DNA of 64,000 nucleotides from Macrostomum lignano. Its lineage: Eukaryota. The notes beneath the pieces were generated by a model. The model saw only the letters and a list, made by a program, of their open reading frames with translations. It was not told the origin of the DNA and did not search any database. The position numbers and the translations under genes are program-made. The stretch covers positions 62,001 to 126,000 of the forward strand of contig NIVC01001750.1 of NCBI GenBank assembly GCA_002269645.1, read 5' to 3'. Shown in pieces: positions 59,070 through 64,000 of the stretch. Position 1 is the first letter of the stretch. Each line of letters begins with the position of its first letter.

Positions 59070-62000
59070 TAAAAATGAGCTTTGTAGGTGGGTGCGAAAG
59101 TTGACTCAGCAGCAGCAAGGAAATAAGACTATCAGGTAAGCCATTCTTAAACTATAGTTTAAGGTTTATGACTTGCATAGTAGCCTGAAGCTCATATATG
59201 CCCAACCTTAAAATTTCACCCATCTGGTGCAACTTTGTTTTGTCCAGATTTGTGACTTAGTTCCTCCTAATTGCGCCTTGTTCCTCTTGATTACAACTTA
59301 ATTTTCACTTTCTATGACTTTTCTTGCCTTTTTCTCTTTTTTTTCTTTTCTTTCTCTTTTTTCTTTCTTTTCTCTTTTGTTCTTCTTCTTTTCTTTTCCT
59401 TTTCTCTTCCTTTCCTTTTTTTTATTTTCATTTTTCATTTTTTGTGTTTTCGATTTTGGGACTTACTTTGGCTGGCAGCCCTTTTACCCATCTAGTTTAG
59501 ATGGGTCAAACAAGTGTTGGGCATGTATGTTCATTGAAGCTGGCTTCATAGTTGCTGCAAGATGAAGCTACTTTGTTTTACATTGAAACAATGGAGAGCT
59601 TGGCCTATAATTTACTAACAAGGTCATTAAAATGTCTACAAAGCTTGTTTTAGAATGCCAAATACCAGTGGAATGCTTTGGAGGCTCTATTAGATGCATT
59701 CTTCAAGACCTAGTTGGCCTGGATAAACTTGCCTTGCCTGCAATTGCTATCAACCTTGCTGATTAGCAGTTTGTACTACAGCATTAGCAACTGCCTAGCC
59801 AAATCATGCACTATAGAGCACTTTGCAAATGCCACAAATTATAGCCAGCTAATTATACTTATGACCAACATAACTAGCAAATTGACCTGGCACTATTAAA
59901 TACTAGGTAAACCCTCATTAGCACTGTTAGAAATTTCTTTTTAATAGACCAAAGATAAGACAGGCTAGGTTCAGACTTAGCTTGGCTTTAGTAGGCAATA
60001 GCTACCCTTTTCAAAAAATTTAGATAACTATTTATAATGGGGAACTTATTTGCAAATAAAAAACAGCTTAGTTATATATACAAAAGGTTATTATATATGC
60101 TAGCCTACATAACCATTAGGTCTATTTGCCAAGTTATTAGTGATTTTGTCTGCTAGGCCTATTTGATTTGCTACCTTTTTTCTACTAGGCCTTAGGCCTA
60201 GTAATCTTTTAAGAGTTTTTTGCCTTACTGAAACAAAAGGCAATCTTTTATTTTATTGCGTTTAATTATTTTTCACTTTTCTTTCTCATTTCAGCCAACT
60301 TACTGATGGCTGGAAGGCCCTTTGCGCCCACTACGATTGTGCCCAAGGCCAATCTAAGGCTAGCAGCCGAGCTATGCGACATTGACGTCACACTACGCGA
60401 GCTTGTGCTGCTGATGTCTAACAGCCAGTAAACTATTTGCTGGCTGGCCACCTACGGGCTACTGTGAAATTCTCGGGCATGTGAACGATGCCCTGAGGCT
60501 CCAGCCATGCGGCTACAGAGGCAGGATGGAGCCCAATTTGTTGATGGCTATGCCTAGGCATGTCCGACCTGCAGGATGCAGAAAAGCACTTAAAGACACT
60601 TACCTTTTATTCTCTTACTATCTTTATGTTCTGAAATTTAAAAAGAACCATTAAAAAATTAAACACAGTAAAGTAAAAGATTGCCAAACAAAATGCTTTC
60701 TATAGGCCTATCTATAGTCATGTCTTAGCTTTTTTTCTATAGACTATCTATATATCTAGTAAACTTTCTATAACTTCCTTCCTTGCTATAATGTGCTATT
60801 ATAGCATTAGACATTTAGACCTTTTGCTATTGGCTATTACCTACTAGGCCTATAGCAACAGAATGCAACCATGACATAATGTTTTATAGAATAGCCTATA
60901 TCTATAATATTCAATAGGGTCAATGCATATCAATTTGATTCATTTTATTGTTCTTTTTTCTCTTCCTTCTTCTTTCTTCTCTTTCCTTTTCTCTTTTTTC
61001 TTTTTTTACAATTCTCATTTCTAGGCCTACCATCTTTTCTTTCACCATTTTCTTTTTTCTTTTTTCCTACATTGTCCCAGCTAGCATTACTGTATAGGCC
61101 TATGTAATGTAGATGTACAGAGTAGTGTAGTTATGACATGCAGGTAGGCTTCCTTAAGCCTAACCTAAGGCTAAGCCCTAGGCCCTACTAGCCCTAAACT
61201 AAAGTGTATCTATTTTTAATTAAATAGGCCTAATCGTTTATAATTAATTATACTGAGAGTAAATCGTACAAACTTTGCATTTTTTCTTTTAAAGTTAGTT
61301 GCTAGTTAAAAACGATTAATTTAGCAATGAGTGATATCATACCTCACAAATGCAAATCACTAATTCTAAGTAGCTATAACTCAAATGTGATGACGATTGT
61401 CTGCTGAATCAAAATTGTCGACCCGCTAGATCCTGACATTTGCAGAATTATAACAAACAATATATACAATTAGGTATAGAAAGCATTTTCGTACAGTTTT
61501 TTAAGATTAAAAACAAATATCTGTAATAAATATTATTTTTTAATTACTACTGCATTTATTGTGACAGTAAGCAAAAGTTGGAGTCGATTTGGTTTGGAAA
61601 TTCTAGTCGATTTTATCCATTATTAACTGCTATTGCGACTATTGCTTGATCTTCTTATTTCATTTTAATTACGTTTTTTGAATTGGTGGGTGCGAAAAAC
61701 GTTTTATTGTACTTCATGTAGTCTCAGTTAGAACTACAGTAATGAATCAAACCTGGATTAAGATCCAGTCCATTTCTATGGCCAATTCAACAAAAACAGC
61801 TTGACACGTAGGGAATTTGATTGGATCCTGATCATGCATCCAGTAAAAATGGTAATCCAGTTTTAGTGAAATGTTTTATGAATTAATCCATTCGCTTAAA
61901 GGATTGTTAATCGTTCTAAAAAATACTGCATTTCTATTATGTTAATGATCATGATGTATCATTTAACAAAGTATATTATTACAAAAGAGCTCTGCTCAAT

Positions 62001-62364
62001 CATTCAGGAATTTTGCTCATTTTCATGAATTCAATAAATAATTTAAATACTGTTTTAATTTAAGCGATCAATATATTTTATTTAAGGCCTTAATGATGAC
62101 ACAACGGGCTATAGAGAAAATAGAGAAAGTAAACATTGCTTGCAGCTATCGACAGGCTGGAAAAATCTAGAAGCAACTGTACTGTCAGGATAACTAAACG
62201 ATTAGCTGCTTGCAGTCTTATAATATTTTTATAATGTGATTTTTGAGCCTTTAATAGCTAACAAATAATATGCTTTAAAGACAATCAATTTCTTTTCCTC
62301 ATTAAATATATAGAATTATTTTTACACCTTCAGCACCTGAATCAGCACCTCACGTCACCTGGTG

Positions 62365-63851
62365 ATGTCAGAAAAATCTTTCTCTAACAACGAAGTCGAT
62401 GTCGAGGATGAAACGCCACGCTCTAGTCGGCAACGCCGTTCTGGACTGTCTCGCCTCGCCGAAAAACGCGGCCTCATCGCTTCGCCAACGGCATCAAATG
62501 CCAGTCTTCGCAGCGTCGGCGGGACATCCGGCTGTGGCGGCGACGAAGCGTTGAAATCGCCCGGCACCAACCCGGGTGCGAGTTTGCCGCCTCCAGCGCC
62601 GAAGGCTGGTGGCAGCAGGTTGCTCAGTCGTCGCAAAGAGCAGCAGCTCGCAGTCGAGGATGAAGGCGGCACCACCGGCGGCGTTGTTCGACTGGGCAGC
62701 AGCATGAAGCGCAGCATTAGTTCGCAGGTTTGTGCGTTTGTTAAAATCTTTAAGTGCAGTTTCAGCTTGTAGCCACCCTGAATATCAAGCATATTAGCCA
62801 AGCAAACTCCAAGTTTAGAATAGCCTCTAATGATTTCAACGGTTCTACGACAATTTACTGGCACAATTTCACCGCCGACAATTTCACCGAAAAATATTTT
62901 TTATTTTTTGACTGTAATTTTCATTTATATTCGTTGAAATTTGTATACATTAACTACCAGCTACTGCTAGTTCATCACATTTTGTTCTAAGCCCTAAGCC
63001 AAAGCAGCAAAAAAGATCCGATGCTCAGAAAGGGCTAAAAATTATACTTCGTTTTCAGCATTGAAATTTTACAGTCTATTTGTACTTTTTACAGTCTGTA
63101 TACTATACATGTATACTTTACAGTCTGTTCCCAAAAATCCCGGTCAAATTGCGGCGGTGAAAATTTGCAACAAGCTGAATGCTATTTACTCGTAATTTAT
63201 TGCATCATCTATAATTCGTACTACGCTCGTACATTTGAAGAATCAACATTTTATAGTTTTTTTTCGGATCTAAAAACTTCGATTCATTGTTAAATTTGAG
63301 TAATCTGTAAACATGGAGTCGGCAGAGTCTGCAACTTCTGTGGGCCAGAAAGGCTCAGCACTGCATGCAGTATTAAATGAAGGTTAAGAGATGTTGGTAT
63401 TTTACTTGATCTTGAATTTTTAACTGATGCTGACGATTTCACACGCAACCAGGATCTAGCATCGACTAGCGAATCACAAGCCGACATGCTGATGTCGACC
63501 GCAGTCACAAGCGCCGCCGCTGACGACAATAGCCTCGGCTTGGACCGGCTGAACGACTGGGACAACTCGGGTTCGAGTCGCCTGGGCCGGCTGCAGCAGC
63601 GCCGATTTCAATCGTCAACATCGCTGGCCAACGTGCCGACAGACACGCGCGGCTCCATGAGCTCGCTGGCCTCCAATGCGTCGTCAACTATGCGTAAAAT
63701 TCCCGTTAGCGACGTTCGCAACCGGACCTTCCTGCACGGCAGTCTGAGCGCCAACGGCCTGCTGGGTGCTGATCAACTGGATGCATTAATTGCCGATAGA
63801 CGAGTCGATATCATGGCTGTCACCTGGAATATGGCCGGTCTGGACTCGAAA
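62365..63851 (+). CDS. INPP5E: Inositol polyphosphate 5-phosphatase E, 5' part (exons 62365-62727, 63453-63851; continues beyond the window)
   Basis: VRNRTFLHGSLSANGLLGADQLDALIADRRVDIMAVTWNMAG matches the INPP5E-specific segment preceding the 5-phosphatase domain; GT-AG phase 0 junctions. Confidence 0.85.
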
Positions 63852-64000
63852 GTGAGTGTCAGATTGAGTTAAGCAGATCAATTAAAATCTGCTAATTACT
63901 TGGCACAGTAATCAGTATTTTAGTATAGGTGGACTAGCACACTGAGCCCTCCTTGAGGGTGGACTGAATGACCTCTTTACACTGCCTAAAAAGGAGCCAT

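Noticed and set aside
59271-59565. Phe-rich membrane-like ORFs
   Set aside because: T/C low-complexity tract.

Overview
Eukaryotic (animal) genomic DNA: GC-rich spliced exons, AT-rich spacers and about 19 kb (~29%) of minisatellite arrays, many filling introns. The style suggests a flatworm such as Macrostomum (inference, unverified). Five conserved multi-exon genes could be reconstructed with consistent GT-AG phases: peroxisomal acyl-CoA oxidase (ACOX1-like, ends in PTS1 AKL), TBCEL, CIMIP1/C20orf85, SEC24A/B-like and the 5' part of INPP5E. There is also an intronless TAK1/MAP3K7-like kinase broken by two compensating frameshifts, several MITEs and decayed DNA transposons, and a ~7 kb CpG-depleted block. 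The most novel element is a family of five small secreted peptides (90-101 aa). Each has a signal peptide and an 8-10-cysteine framework that I cannot assign to a known family (core ...C-x6-C-x6/12-C-x2-C-x2-C-x4-C-x13/14-C). Four lie in a tandem cluster at 1.7-11 kb and one on the opposite strand at 38 kb, all with a splice acceptor just before the ATG. Most long ORFs in the supplied track are tandem-repeat artefacts.
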